Shown piece by piece: positions 29,444 through 39,425 of a stretch of DNA of 64,000 nucleotides. A model generated the notes under the pieces. That model was not told where the DNA came from. It saw nothing but the letters and a program-made list of their open reading frames with translations, and did no database searches. The DNA comes from Longimicrobiales bacterium (GTDB taxonomy: Bacteria; Gemmatimonadota; Gemmatimonadetes; Longimicrobiales; Gaopeijiaceae), in NCBI GenBank assembly GCA_965238005.1, contig OZ250165.1, positions 4,096,001-4,160,000 on the forward strand, given 5' to 3'. The stretch's first letter is position 1. Each line of letters opens with the position of its first letter. The translations under genes and the position numbers were made by a program.

Positions 29444-31956
29444 CAGGCGCTCTCCACGACGAAGTTGACGAGGCGGTCGGGTACGTATATGACCCGTCTC
29501 ACGGTGGCGTTCTCCAGGTAGCGCGCGACATTCTCGTCCGACCGGGCGAGCTCTTCGGCGGCTTCCTGGTCGATACCTGCCGGACCCCGAACCGTGGCCC
29601 GGAGCTTTCCGTTCACCTGCACCGCAAGCTTCACCGACGTCTCACGGGTCTTGGCCTCGTCGTAGGTGGGCCAGTTGGCCCCGGCGAAGACGCTCTCCTC
29701 GTGTCCCAGGCGCTCCCAAAGCTCCTCGGCCAGGTGCGGTGCGAATGGGGCCACCAGCACGACCAGGGCCTCCACCTCGGCCTTGGCGGCCGCACGCCCC
29801 CCGGTCCGCACCATGTTGAGGTACTCCATCATGGCCGCGATGCACGTGTTGTACCCCAGGTCGGGCAGCTGCTGCGTGACCTGACGGATGGTCTGGTGCA
29901 GCTTCCGCTCCACGTCCGGATCGGCCTCGGCGTCGTTCCCCGCGGCGGCCGTCACCGTCTCGTGCAGGCGATGCAGGAAGCCGTGGGGCCCCTGAATGCC
30001 CTCGTCCTGATAGTCCCCACCCTCTTCGTACGGCCCCAGGAACATGAGGTAGGTGCGGAACGCGTCGGCGCCGTAGCGCTCGATGATCTCGTCCGGCACG
30101 ATGACATTGCCCCTGCTCTTGGACATCTTGGCGCCCTCGCGGATGATCATCCCGTGGGCACGGAAGCGCTTGAAGGGCTCCTCGAACTCCAGGTGGCCCA
30201 GGTCGTGGAGGGCCATCGTGATGAAGCGCGCGTACAGCAGGTGCAGGACCGCGTGCTCGTTGCCTCCGATGTAGGAGTCCACCGGCAGCCAGCGCCGCGT
30301 GATATCCGCGTCGAAGGGGATGTCGTCGAACTCCGTGGACGGGTAGCGCAGGAAGTACCAGGAGCTGTCCAGGAAGGTGTCCGACACGTCCGTCTCGCGG
30401 CGGGCTTGGCCTCCGCATTCCGGACAGTCGATACGGTACCAATCCGCCACCCGGGCGAGGGGGCTCACGCCGGAATCGTCGGGCTTGAAGTCCTCCAGCC
30501 TGGGGAGCACCACTGGCAGGTCCGACTCCGGGACGGCGACCGGGCCACACGCCTCGCAGTGAATGATGGGGATGGGCGGGCCCCAGTACCGCTGCCGGGA
30601 TATGCACCAGTCGTGCAGCCGGTAGCTCACCTTCGTCTCGGCCATATCCCGCTCGGCGAGCCAGCTTGTGATGGCCTGCTTGCTCTCGGAGACCGGCACG
30701 CCGTCGAACTGACTGGAGTTGACCATCACCCCGTCGCCCAGGTACGCCTCGGCCAGGGGGGTGTCGGCGTCCTGGCCAGGGCCCGCGACGACGCGCACGG
30801 TGGGCAGGTCCATGGCCTCGGCGAAGTCGAAGTCCCGCTGATCGTGGCCCGGCACGGCCATGATCGCCCCCGTCCCGTACTCCATGAGTATGTAGTCGGC
30901 GACCCAGACGGGGATGGGCTGTCCGGTGGCGGGGTTCAGGCAGTGCCCGCCGGTGAACACGCCGGTCTTGTCCCTTTCTACCTTCTGACGGGCGACCAGA
31001 TCCTTGGCCGTCGCCTCTTCGCGATAGGCCGCCACGGCCTCGGTCTGCTCGTCACCCGTCACGTCGTCGACCAGGGGGTGCTCCGGGGACAGCACCATGT
31101 ACGTGGCCCCGAAGACCGTGTCCGGCCGGGTGGTGAAGACGTCGATTGGCGCGCCGTCGACGGCAGGGGCGGAGGCGTCCACAGTCGGTTGATCGGAGTC
31201 GGGTCCGGCCACCCCCTCGGGGGGCAGGATGGGGAAGCGCAGGACGGCTCCCTCGCTCCGGCCGATCCAGTTGTGCTGGGCCTTCTTCGTCGTCTCGGAC
31301 CAATCGATGTCCTCCAGGTGGCCCAGCAGCCGATCCACGTACTCCGTGATCTTGAAGAACCACTGGGCGATGCGCCGCTGCTCGACGGGGGTGGCACACC
31401 GCTCGCAGCGTCCCGAGACGACCTGTTCGTTGGCCAGCACCGTCATGCACGAGGGACACCAGTTGACCGGCGCTTCCTTGCGCTCGGCCAGACCCGCCTT
31501 GAAAAGCCGGACGAAGATCCACTGGGTCCAGCGGTAGTAGGCCGGATCGGTGGTGTCGACGGTGTGGTTCCAGTCGAACATCCCGCCGACGCGTCGCAGC
31601 TGCCTCGTGAAGTTGGCGACGTTCCTGGGGATGAGGTCCATCGGATTGACGCCCTGCTTGAGGGCGAAGTTCTCCGAGTGGATGCCGAAGGCGTCGAATC
31701 CGATGGGCTCGAAGACGCACTTTCCGGTGAGCCGCTGGAAGCGCCCGTGCACGTCCGCGCCGGTGAACGCGTAGATGTTGCCCACATGCAGCCCCTCGGC
31801 GGAGGGGTAGGGGAACATCATCAACTGGTAGTAGTGGTCCTCGGTGGTCTGGAGGGCCTCCTGGGTGAAGCTGTTCGTGCCTAGCCTCTCCCACGTGTCC
31901 TGCCACTTGGCCTCTACTTCGGACGGCGCATAGCCGCCGTTTCCATCGCTGCTCAT
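29443..31956 (-). CDS. leuS: Leucine--tRNA ligase
   Basis: MFPYPS..LHVGN, FTTRPDT editing domain, SRQRYWG, KMSKS. Confidence 0.97.
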   Translation of the reverse strand: MSSDGNGGYAPSEVEAKWQDTWERLGTNSFTQEALQTTEDHYYQLMMFPYPSAEGLHVGNIYAFTGADVHGRFQRLTGKCVFEPIGFDAFGIHSENFALKQGVNPMDLIPRNVANFTRQLRRVGGMFDWNHTVDTTDPAYYRWTQWIFVRLFKAGLAERKEAPVNWCPSCMTVLANEQVVSGRCERCATPVEQRRIAQWFFKITEYVDRLLGHLEDIDWSETTKKAQHNWIGRSEGAVLRFPILPPEGVAGPDSDQPTVDASAPAVDGAPIDVFTTRPDTVFGATYMVLSPEHPLVDDVTGDEQTEAVAAYREEATAKDLVARQKVERDKTGVFTGGHCLNPATGQPIPVWVADYILMEYGTGAIMAVPGHDQRDFDFAEAMDLPTVRVVAGPGQDADTPLAEAYLGDGVMVNSSQFDGVPVSESKQAITSWLAERDMAETKVSYRLHDWCISRQRYWGPPIPIIHCEACGPVAVPESDLPVVLPRLEDFKPDDSGVSPLARVADWYRIDCPECGGQARRETDVSDTFLDSSWYFLRYPSTEFDDIPFDADITRRWLPVDSYIGGNEHAVLHLLYARFITMALHDLGHLEFEEPFKRFRAHGMIIREGAKMSKSRGNVIVPDEIIERYGADAFRTYLMFLGPYEEGGDYQDEGIQGPHGFLHRLHETVTAAAGNDAEADPDVERKLHQTIRQVTQQLPDLGYNTCIAAMMEYLNMVRTGGRAAAKAEVEALVVLVAPFAPHLAEELWERLGHEESVFAGANWPTYDEAKTRETSVKLAVQVNGKLRATVRGPAGIDQEAAEELARSDENVARYLENATVRRVIYVPDRLVNFVVESA

Positions 31957-32130
31957 CTATGCTTGCTGGGGCGTCGTGCCGGGTGGGAATGCCGAAAAAT
32001 GAACCCTAACCTATACCGGGTGTGAGGGCATTACAACGCGTCGCCATCAGAGGTCCCCGTCGGGCGCGCCGGCGCCGTCCCGGGTCAGTCACCGGCGTTG
32101 TCCCCGTTCAGTCACCGGCGCCGTTCCGGG

Positions 32131-34047
32131 TCAGCCGCCGCCACCGTCCTCCGGGCTGTCATCCGGCGCGGCGAACCCCATGATCTCCATGAGCCGAAGC
32201 GCGTTCGTGGAGGTGGCGGTTCCCGGTCGGAGCCTGTAGTCGAAGGCGATGGGCGGGCCCCCTGCGCGCACTTCCAGAGACTCCCCGAAGTGGACGAAGA
32301 CAGCTCGCTCCATCAGATCCGGTGCATCGGCCAGGGTGAGATCGTGGGTGGTCACGGCGCCGATGGTCTCCTGATCCAGGAGGTGACGTAGGATGCGGCG
32401 GGCGGCGATCTGCCGCTCGGCGGTGTTCGTCCCCTGGAGGATCTCGTCGAGGAGGTAGAGGACCGGCACGTCCCGGGCGGCTCCGGCCGCCTCGGCCACC
32501 GACTTGAGGCGCTGGAGCTCGGCCATGAAGTAGGAGATCCCCTCCTCCAGGGAGTCCCGGATGCGCATGCTGGTGCGAAGGTCGACGGTGGGGAGGCGCA
32601 TGGACGCCGCGCAAACCGGTCCCCCGGCCCCGGCCAGGACCACGTTGGCGCCAAGGGCACGGAGAAGGGTGCTCTTGCCAGACATGTTTGAGCCCGTCAC
32701 CAGGAGGAGGCTTCCGGGCGGCCCCACCTCCACGTCGTTCCGGACCGCCGTCTCGGGATTGAGGAGCGGGTGGCCCAGCTGCCCCCCGTCCAGGATCTTG
32801 GGGTCGGTCCTTCCGACCTCGGGAAACACCCAGTCCGGATGGCAGTGTCCGAGCCCGGCCAGGGCCGAGAGGGCGTCTACGCGTCCCAGCGCCTCCATCC
32901 AGCCACGGAGGTTCCTGCCATGGATCTCCTTCCAGCGCTCCATGCGCACGAGGATGTGAACGTCCCAGAGCGTCAACAGGTTCACGGGGAAGTGCACCTG
33001 CCCGTTGAAGCGGAGGTCCGACATCTCCATGAGGTGAAAGAGGCGAGCCAAGGCCTCGGCGGCCGCTTCCCCGTCTGGGGTAAGTTTTTCCCGGTGCTCG
33101 GTGAGCAGGGAGGCCTCGAAGCGCTGCTCCGCGATGCGGGCGATGAGCTCATGGTAGCGTCGCAGGCCCGTCTCTCCGTTCGAGGCGAGGGCGAAGTCCT
33201 CGTGGATTCGGCCGAAGAGCCGCTTCATGAGCAGCAGCGTGAGGCCCACGGGACCCATCCAGAGGAAGGGCGCCATGCCCGCGACGTGGATGCCGGTGGT
33301 GACGATCGTGGCCAGGGGCAGGACCACGGCCGCCCACATGACGGCGCGCTCCTCCACCAGCCAGGTGGGCGCTTCCGCCCACTCCAGGAGCCTGGCGATC
33401 TCCTTCATCTCCACGGGCCCGGCGATCCGTCCCGCGGCGTGGAGCTCGTCCCGGAACTCGATGGCCGGGGTCAGCTCCCGGACGGCGGCCTGGCGCTCCC
33501 GGACGGTGCTCACCGGGGCGGGGGCCAGGAGCCAGTCCACCAGCGTGTCCGCCCCTGGCCGGGTGGCGGTCGTGCCGAGCAGCGTGTAGAGGGAGGCGTG
33601 GCCGAAGACGTCCAGGTCGTCGGCGTAGGGATGGTTTTCCGGAGCCGCGGGGCTGGGCTGTTCCAGGCCGTCCCAGTTGCGGAGCCTGCGATAGCGGGCC
33701 TCACGGGCTACCTGGGCGAGCTCCGAGTGCCAGCGCTCGTGGCGACGGGCCCGACGGTGACGGACCACGAAGACGACGAAGAGCACCATGAGGAGCAGAC
33801 CCCCTCCGGTGAAGAGAGGCTTGGCGTCGGTGGCGAAGGCGTAGCCCACGAACGCCGCCGCACCCATGAGGAAGACCCACATCCGCTGCTGGGCCAGGGC
33901 GTCGGACCGCTCCCGCCAGCGGCCGGCGGCTCCGGTGGCCTCGGCCTCTCGGCGGCCGTAGGTCTCGAGTGGGTCCGGGTGTCCCTGGGGATCGGAAGGA
34001 GGAGGAGCGTGAGGGCGCTCCGCGACCGCCGGAGCCTCAGGAGCCAT
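32131..34047 (-). CDS. Membrane-anchored MutS-related ATPase (domain V)
   Basis: N-terminal TM helices; TGSNMSGKST, SYFMAEL, LLDEILQGTN, TTHD. Confidence 0.88.
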   Translation of the reverse strand: MAPEAPAVAERPHAPPPSDPQGHPDPLETYGRREAEATGAAGRWRERSDALAQQRMWVFLMGAAAFVGYAFATDAKPLFTGGGLLLMVLFVVFVVRHRRARRHERWHSELAQVAREARYRRLRNWDGLEQPSPAAPENHPYADDLDVFGHASLYTLLGTTATRPGADTLVDWLLAPAPVSTVRERQAAVRELTPAIEFRDELHAAGRIAGPVEMKEIARLLEWAEAPTWLVEERAVMWAAVVLPLATIVTTGIHVAGMAPFLWMGPVGLTLLLMKRLFGRIHEDFALASNGETGLRRYHELIARIAEQRFEASLLTEHREKLTPDGEAAAEALARLFHLMEMSDLRFNGQVHFPVNLLTLWDVHILVRMERWKEIHGRNLRGWMEALGRVDALSALAGLGHCHPDWVFPEVGRTDPKILDGGQLGHPLLNPETAVRNDVEVGPPGSLLLVTGSNMSGKSTLLRALGANVVLAGAGGPVCAASMRLPTVDLRTSMRIRDSLEEGISYFMAELQRLKSVAEAAGAARDVPVLYLLDEILQGTNTAERQIAARRILRHLLDQETIGAVTTHDLTLADAPDLMERAVFVHFGESLEVRAGGPPIAFDYRLRPGTATSTNALRLMEIMGFAAPDDSPEDGGGG

Positions 34048-35119
34048 TCGGTGCCGTCAGGCTCGACGCCGGGAGCAGATCGAAGGCATCGTCCACCCCC
34101 GCCACCCCCTCTGTGAGGTGCTCCACCGCGGCCCGGAGGCCGCCCGTTTCATCTAACAAGCCCTGGAAGTCCTGGAGTCGGTGATAGTACCGCATGCGGG
34201 CCATGAGGGTGGCGTTGTTGAGGGGCGTCACCAGAAAGCTCTGGAAGGTCATGGCCTCGAAGGACGGCTGCACCCGGTTCGCGAAGTCCTCGAGGTGGCC
34301 CTCGAACAGGCTTTGGCGCCGTTCCAGCTTCTCGTCGTAGGAGAGGGTCGTGTCGCGGTAGAGTTCCTGGAGCCCATCCACGAGCCTGTCGATGAACGTC
34401 GAAAAGCGCTGGTAGTCCCGCCAACGTGCCTGGGCACGCAGGCACTTCACCGTGTCGGGACCGCCGCCCTGGCGGTTGCAGAAGAACTCGATGGCACCGA
34501 CGCGGCCCACGAAGGTGGCGAAGCTCTCGTTGAACCCCACCTGGCCCCGGACGAAGAGGTGGGCGTGGGACAGCTCGTGGAGGACGGTCTCCACGAGATC
34601 GACCTCGTCGCGTCGCAGGAGCGTCGAGAGGAGTGGGTCCGCGAACCACCCCAGGGTGCTGAAGGCTGCGGTGGGACGCAGGTAGGTGTCGAAGCCGTCG
34701 TCTTCCAGCTCCTGCTGGTCCCGGAGGGCGTCGCCTTCGTTGAAGTACCCCTTGTATGGGACCCGGCCCACCACCGGGAACCACCACGTCTTGGAGGCGA
34801 AGCGGTCCCTCGTTGCCGCCGAGAGGACCAGGGCCAGCGTGTCCTTGTCCAGCTGGGTGAACGACGTGTACGAGTCACCCACCTTCAGCCCCAGAACCTC
34901 GATGGCGTGCTGCCGGGCCTCCACCACGAATGTCAGCTTCGCCTTGGTCCTCTCGTCGGTCTCGGGATCCAGGATCACCTCGTGGAGCGGCTGCCGGGCC
35001 CGGAGGATCTTCGCCTCGGCGATGCCCGCCTTGATCACGTACATAGGCGAGCACGCCGAGACGATGAGGGCCACGACTCCGAGGCCCACGAAGAAGCGGG
35101 TCCACGACCAGCGAGGCAC
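34037..35119 (-). CDS. Putative zinc aminopeptidase lipoprotein (DUF2265-like)
   Basis: VSAC lipobox; WWFPVVGRVPYKGYF, STLGWFADP, HELSH, FNESFATF. Confidence 0.85.
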   Translation of the reverse strand: MPRWSWTRFFVGLGVVALIVSACSPMYVIKAGIAEAKILRARQPLHEVILDPETDERTKAKLTFVVEARQHAIEVLGLKVGDSYTSFTQLDKDTLALVLSAATRDRFASKTWWFPVVGRVPYKGYFNEGDALRDQQELEDDGFDTYLRPTAAFSTLGWFADPLLSTLLRRDEVDLVETVLHELSHAHLFVRGQVGFNESFATFVGRVGAIEFFCNRQGGGPDTVKCLRAQARWRDYQRFSTFIDRLVDGLQELYRDTTLSYDEKLERRQSLFEGHLEDFANRVQPSFEAMTFQSFLVTPLNNATLMARMRYYHRLQDFQGLLDETGGLRAAVEHLTEGVAGVDDAFDLLPASSLTAPNGS

Positions 35120-35155
35120 GGTGTTACCGGCTTCCGTCTGAATCGGGGCGCACCG

Positions 35156-36049
35156 CTACCGGCCGCCGCCGCCCAGGTTACGCATCAGGGGGATGCCGCC
35201 CTCGGTGGGCACGTATACCACAGACCCCCCGGGGAGCTCACTGAGTTGCTCGATGTAGTAGAACATCAGGTACTCGGGCGTGAGACCCGCGGAGATGATT
35301 CTCTGCGCCTCGGCGATCCCCTTGGCCTCTTCGATCTGCTGCTGCGCCCGCTCCTGGATGATCTCCGTCTGGAATTTCTCCGCGGCCACGTTCTGCTCAC
35401 GCTGGAGCTTCTCGTCGATGGCCTGGCGCACGGCCGTCGGAGCCTGCACGTCCCTGAGGAAGACCTCCACGACCTCGATGCGGTCGCCGGCCTTCTCCTG
35501 GATGGCCTGCTTCGTGGCGGTGGCGACCTCACGACGGTCGGGGGAGAAGATCTGGTTGATGGACTTGGTGGCCACCGCGTCGCGGACGCCGTTGCGGATG
35601 GCGTTCAGGACGATGCTCCTCTTGATCTGGAGCTCCGAACCGATGCGGTCGAACAGGTCGGGGGCCCTGGCCGGATCGATCCTGAAGAGGAGCGATACCT
35701 CCATGGCCACGTTCATCTGCTCGCTCGTCTGGGCCTCGATCTGCTCCACGCCTCCGCTCTCGGGATAGCTCTGCTCCCGGACGGACATCTTCTCTACCGT
35801 GGCCAGAGGGTTGATGATGTGAACTCCCTGCACCAGCGGCGTGCGATCGACCTGCCCCAGAAAGTGCTTTACGCCCACCTCTCCGACGCCGATGACGACC
35901 ACGGCGTTAAGGCCGGCGGCGGCGATGCCACCCAACATCAGGCCGTAGCCGAGGAGCTTCGACTTGCCCCGGTCCCCAACGGACGGTCCTACTACGAGCA
36001 CGGCCGCACCCGCGACGATGATGAGTATGGCTAGCATCATGGATGCCAT
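35156..36049 (-). CDS. SPFH/prohibitin (band 7) family protein
   Basis: TM helices then GEVGV..GVHIINP..; EAKGIAEAQRII; GGAGG RBS. Confidence 0.88.
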   Translation of the reverse strand: MASMMLAILIIVAGAAVLVVGPSVGDRGKSKLLGYGLMLGGIAAAGLNAVVVIGVGEVGVKHFLGQVDRTPLVQGVHIINPLATVEKMSVREQSYPESGGVEQIEAQTSEQMNVAMEVSLLFRIDPARAPDLFDRIGSELQIKRSIVLNAIRNGVRDAVATKSINQIFSPDRREVATATKQAIQEKAGDRIEVVEVFLRDVQAPTAVRQAIDEKLQREQNVAAEKFQTEIIQERAQQQIEEAKGIAEAQRIISAGLTPEYLMFYYIEQLSELPGGSVVYVPTEGGIPLMRNLGGGGR

Positions 36050-36064
36050 GAGAATCCTCCTATG

Positions 36065-36091
36065 GACGAAGAGTTGGCGCTCTCGGTGACA
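36065..36091 (-). promoter_or_regulatory. ECF41-like promoter motif
   Basis: TGTCACC-N16-CGTC immediately upstream of the RBS. Confidence 0.35.
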
Positions 36092-36245
36092 GGTGGGCTG
36101 TTTCTCTTGCCCTCTCCAGAGGTACGAGCGGCCGCACCCCACTTCTTCAACAGGCCTCTAAGGCGCGACGGTGACTGATAATGTACGCCTGCCATCCTCT
36201 GGGAGTAGCCTTGTTAAGGGATGACGTCTGACCCATCGTCCGCGC

Positions 36246-37550
36246 ATGCCACTGGCTCAGCTGCTCTATCGAGCCCTGCTTCGGGGCTTCAGGGTCGTGT
36301 CTCCGGCGATGATGTGGGGGTCGTCCAAGCTCTCCCGGGGGCTCCGTGGGCGGCGTCGCGCGCACCGAACCCTCATCGAGTGGGGCGATTCGACACGAGA
36401 CCCGGCCCGACCCGTGGTCTGGCTCCACGCCTCGTCCGTGGGTGAGGCCCTCCAGGCCAAGGCCGTCCTGGAGGCCCTCAGGGAGCGAACCCCCGACCTC
36501 CAGGCCGTGTTCACGTTCTTCTCGCCCTCGGCCGAAGCTCTGGCCGAGCGCTTCCCGGCCGACGTCTCGGCGTACCTCCCCTGGGATCTGCCCGAGGTCA
36601 TGGGCAAGGTCCTGGATGCCGTTCGTCCTTCGCTCGTCCTGTTCACCCAGAAGGAGGTATGGCCCTCGCTCGCGGGGGCGGCTACGGCCAGGGGCATTCC
36701 CTCGGTCCTGGTCGCCGCGACGTTGCCGAAGGATGCCGGACGGCTCAGCGGGACCGGCAAGGTGCTGCTGGGCCCGGCGTTTGGTCGTCTCGACTGCGTA
36801 GCGGCTATCTCGCCGGCCGACGGTGAGCGCTTCCAGCTGCTCCAGGTCCCTCGCGATCGCATCGTCGTAACCGGAGATCCAGGGGTCGACTCCGCCTGTG
36901 GCCGGGTGGCTGCCGCGGACCCGGAAGCCTCGCACCTCAGGCTCTTCCAGGATGGGTCGGGACCGGTCCTCGTGGCCGGGTCCACCTGGGGCTCCGACGA
37001 GGACGTTCTGGTCCCCGCTCTGGCCCGCATCCGTCGTGGTAGGCCCGACCTCCGAATCGTCCTGGCACCCCACGAGCCGAGGGGGTGGGACTTTGAGGGC
37101 CTTCGTACGCGCTTGTCCGCGGAAGGGTGGTCGCCGACGCTTCTGAAGGAGGCCGAAGATCGGGGTCGACTGGACGGCGCCGACGCCGTGCTGGTGGAGC
37201 GGGTAGGGGTTCTGGCCGAGCTTTACACCGTGGCGTCCATGGCCTATGTGGGCGGAGGCTTCCACGGCCATGGCCTCCACTCCGTCCTCGAGCCGGCCGC
37301 TGCCGGCGCGCCCGTGCTCTTCGGGCCGCGGCACCAGAACTCCCTTGCGGCGTCACGTCTGCTTGCATGCGGGGGAGCCAGGACGGTGTCCGACGTCGAT
37401 GCCCTCGTCGCCGCCCTCGAGGAGTGGCTGGAGGACCCCGAGAAACTCCAGAGGGACGGCCGGCGGGCCTTGGACTATATTGAGGAGCATCGGGGGGCGG
37501 CCGGCCGAACGGCGGACCTGCTCACCGAACACTTCCCGGAGCAACCATGA
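36246..37550 (+). CDS. waaA: 3-deoxy-D-manno-octulosonic acid (Kdo) transferase
   Basis: WLHASSVGE, FFSPS, YLPWD, VAGSTW, APHE, YVGGGF, HSVLEPA. Confidence 0.92.
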   Translation: MPLAQLLYRALLRGFRVVSPAMMWGSSKLSRGLRGRRRAHRTLIEWGDSTRDPARPVVWLHASSVGEALQAKAVLEALRERTPDLQAVFTFFSPSAEALAERFPADVSAYLPWDLPEVMGKVLDAVRPSLVLFTQKEVWPSLAGAATARGIPSVLVAATLPKDAGRLSGTGKVLLGPAFGRLDCVAAISPADGERFQLLQVPRDRIVVTGDPGVDSACGRVAAADPEASHLRLFQDGSGPVLVAGSTWGSDEDVLVPALARIRRGRPDLRIVLAPHEPRGWDFEGLRTRLSAEGWSPTLLKEAEDRGRLDGADAVLVERVGVLAELYTVASMAYVGGGFHGHGLHSVLEPAAAGAPVLFGPRHQNSLAASRLLACGGARTVSDVDALVAALEEWLEDPEKLQRDGRRALDYIEEHRGAAGRTADLLTEHFPEQP

Positions 37551-39250
37551 CGAGGAGCTCCTCGCGGAGGACACGCCGCATCTTGCCAACGAATCGACCG
37601 CCGCCGCTCATGGCGGGGGTGGCCATCCTCATGGTCTCCTGTGTTGGCGAGTCCCAACCCGCTTCGGATGGTGAGGGGCGCACGGCCGATCCTCCCGTCG
37701 CTACGGAGGCGCGGGAGCCCGACGCACCGGGATCGGCCACCTCCGAATCCGAGCTTCCACCGCCTCCCGGATCCTGGATGGATGTTGAGGCGAGCGTAGT
37801 GGCCACCGAGGGTGGCTCGGGCGATGCGGGTAGCGCTCCCCGCGCGCAGGGAGCTGATGTGGACGGCGGCGGTTCGGGCGAGGCCGGCGAAGCTCGCTCC
37901 AGTGACGGCGAGAGCCCCGCGGAGGCCGCCGGCGATCCGGGCTCGGCGGACGAGCCGGACTCGACGGACGGGCCGGACTCGACGGACGGGCCGGATGCGA
38001 CCGACGAGCTCCAGGAGGTCCAGACTTTTCCGGCCCCCACGGCGACAACCGGCGAGGGGAGTCCTGTCGCCCGGCTGGTCCTCCCGGAGGAGCCGCTGAG
38101 CTTCACCAGGCCAGAGGCGGTACGCGGCATCTACCTGAACGCGTGGGCCGCCGGATCCCGGCTCCGCTCCCAGAACCTCATCGATCTCGCGAAGCGAACC
38201 GAGCTCAATACCTTCGTCATCGACCTCAAGGACGCGAGCGGCTACGTGAGCTACCCGACCCAGGTGATGTTCGCCCGGGAGGTGGGCGCCGATCAGGAGA
38301 TCCGCATTCGGGACCTGGTCGGGCTTCTCGAGCGCCTCCATGAGGCCGACATCTACCCCATCGCCCGGATCGTCATCGTCAAGGACGCCCTCCTCATCGG
38401 CGCTCGCCCGGATCTGGCCGTGCAGGACACGGCCGGCGGCGTCTGGGTCGACGACAAGGGCCTGATCTGGGCCAATCTCTACAACCGTGCCGTCTGGGAC
38501 TACCACGTGGCCTTGGCCAAGGAAGCCGCCGCTGTAGGCTTCCCGGAGATCCAATGGGATTACCTGCGCTTCCCCGACGCGCCCGAGGAAGAGCTGAACC
38601 GGGCCTGGTATCCGGGGCAGGGCGCGCGAACGCGAACCATGACGGTCCTGGAATTCCTGGAGTACGCTCGTCAGGAGCTGGCGGAGTGGGACGTGAACCT
38701 GACCGCCGACGTCTTCGGCGTGACCACATCCGCCCACACCGATGTAGGCATCGGCCAGCTCTGGGAGGACTTCATCGGGGCGGTCGACGTCGCCCTCCCC
38801 ATGGTGTACCCGTCCCATTACTGGGTCGGCAGCTTCGACATCGAAGATCCCAACGGTCACCCGTACGAGGTGGTGCTCAAGGCCCTCAGGGACGGGGTCA
38901 AGCGCTCCGCCGAGATCGAGGGCGCGGGGGCGACCCGCCCCTGGCTCCAGGACTTCACCTTGGGACCGCCCATCTACGGAGCACCGGAGGTCCGGGCCCA
39001 GATCCAGGCTACTTACGACGCGGGCATCGATGAGTGGCTCCTGTGGAATCCCTCGAGCCGTTACAGCGAAGCGGCCCTCGCTCCTGCGGGTGGCTACCCC
39101 GAGGGCACCGAGCCCACCATTAGGGTTGGGGGCAAGATCGTCCCGGTCTCGGAGCGTGCCGCCGCCATGGAGGCGGAGCGGATAATCCGTGCTGCCGCGG
39201 ACAGTGTGGCGAACGTCATGGCCGAAGATACGGTGGGGATTCGGCGCTGA
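37547..39250 (+). CDS. Putative glycoside hydrolase (DUF4015) lipoprotein with a long acidic linker
   Basis: MVSC lipobox; VRGIYL, VIDLKD, EIQWDYLRFP, PMVYPSHY, RPWLQDF. Confidence 0.85.
   Translation: MTRSSSRRTRRILPTNRPPPLMAGVAILMVSCVGESQPASDGEGRTADPPVATEAREPDAPGSATSESELPPPPGSWMDVEASVVATEGGSGDAGSAPRAQGADVDGGGSGEAGEARSSDGESPAEAAGDPGSADEPDSTDGPDSTDGPDATDELQEVQTFPAPTATTGEGSPVARLVLPEEPLSFTRPEAVRGIYLNAWAAGSRLRSQNLIDLAKRTELNTFVIDLKDASGYVSYPTQVMFAREVGADQEIRIRDLVGLLERLHEADIYPIARIVIVKDALLIGARPDLAVQDTAGGVWVDDKGLIWANLYNRAVWDYHVALAKEAAAVGFPEIQWDYLRFPDAPEEELNRAWYPGQGARTRTMTVLEFLEYARQELAEWDVNLTADVFGVTTSAHTDVGIGQLWEDFIGAVDVALPMVYPSHYWVGSFDIEDPNGHPYEVVLKALRDGVKRSAEIEGAGATRPWLQDFTLGPPIYGAPEVRAQIQATYDAGIDEWLLWNPSSRYSEAALAPAGGYPEGTEPTIRVGGKIVPVSERAAAMEAERIIRAAADSVANVMAEDTVGIRR
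37954..38007 (+). repeat. 18-bp tandem repeat (PDSTDG) in the linker
   Basis: GCCGGACTCGACGGACGG x2 plus a degenerate third copy. Confidence 0.75.
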
Positions 39251-39251
39251 C

Positions 39252-39425
39252 CTAGTGTGGTGTCCCAGAAGTTCGCGAGCCACCGAGGGTGCCGAGGCGC
39301 AGGGCCGGATGCATCGGTGGTCGAGCCGAGCGACCTTCATGCTCGTCGTGAGCGCCGAGTTGACCGCGAGACGATCGAGCGCAGCGAGATCAATGGCCGA
39401 GACACTTCTGGGACACCACACTTAG
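39252..39425 (+). mobile_element. MITE-like element, copy 2 (divergent interior)
   Basis: Perfect 19-bp IR AGTGTGGTGTCCCAGAAGT / ACTTCTGGGACACCACACT; shares GAAGTTCGCGAGCC and TGGCCGAGACACTT with the other copies. Confidence 0.75.

Noticed and set aside
29701..31884. Long antisense ORFs (727 aa here; also 5245-6834, 34181-36034, 37475-39421, 49051-51231)
   Set aside because: Shadow frames of well-supported genes, typical of high-GC DNA, with no recognisable motifs.
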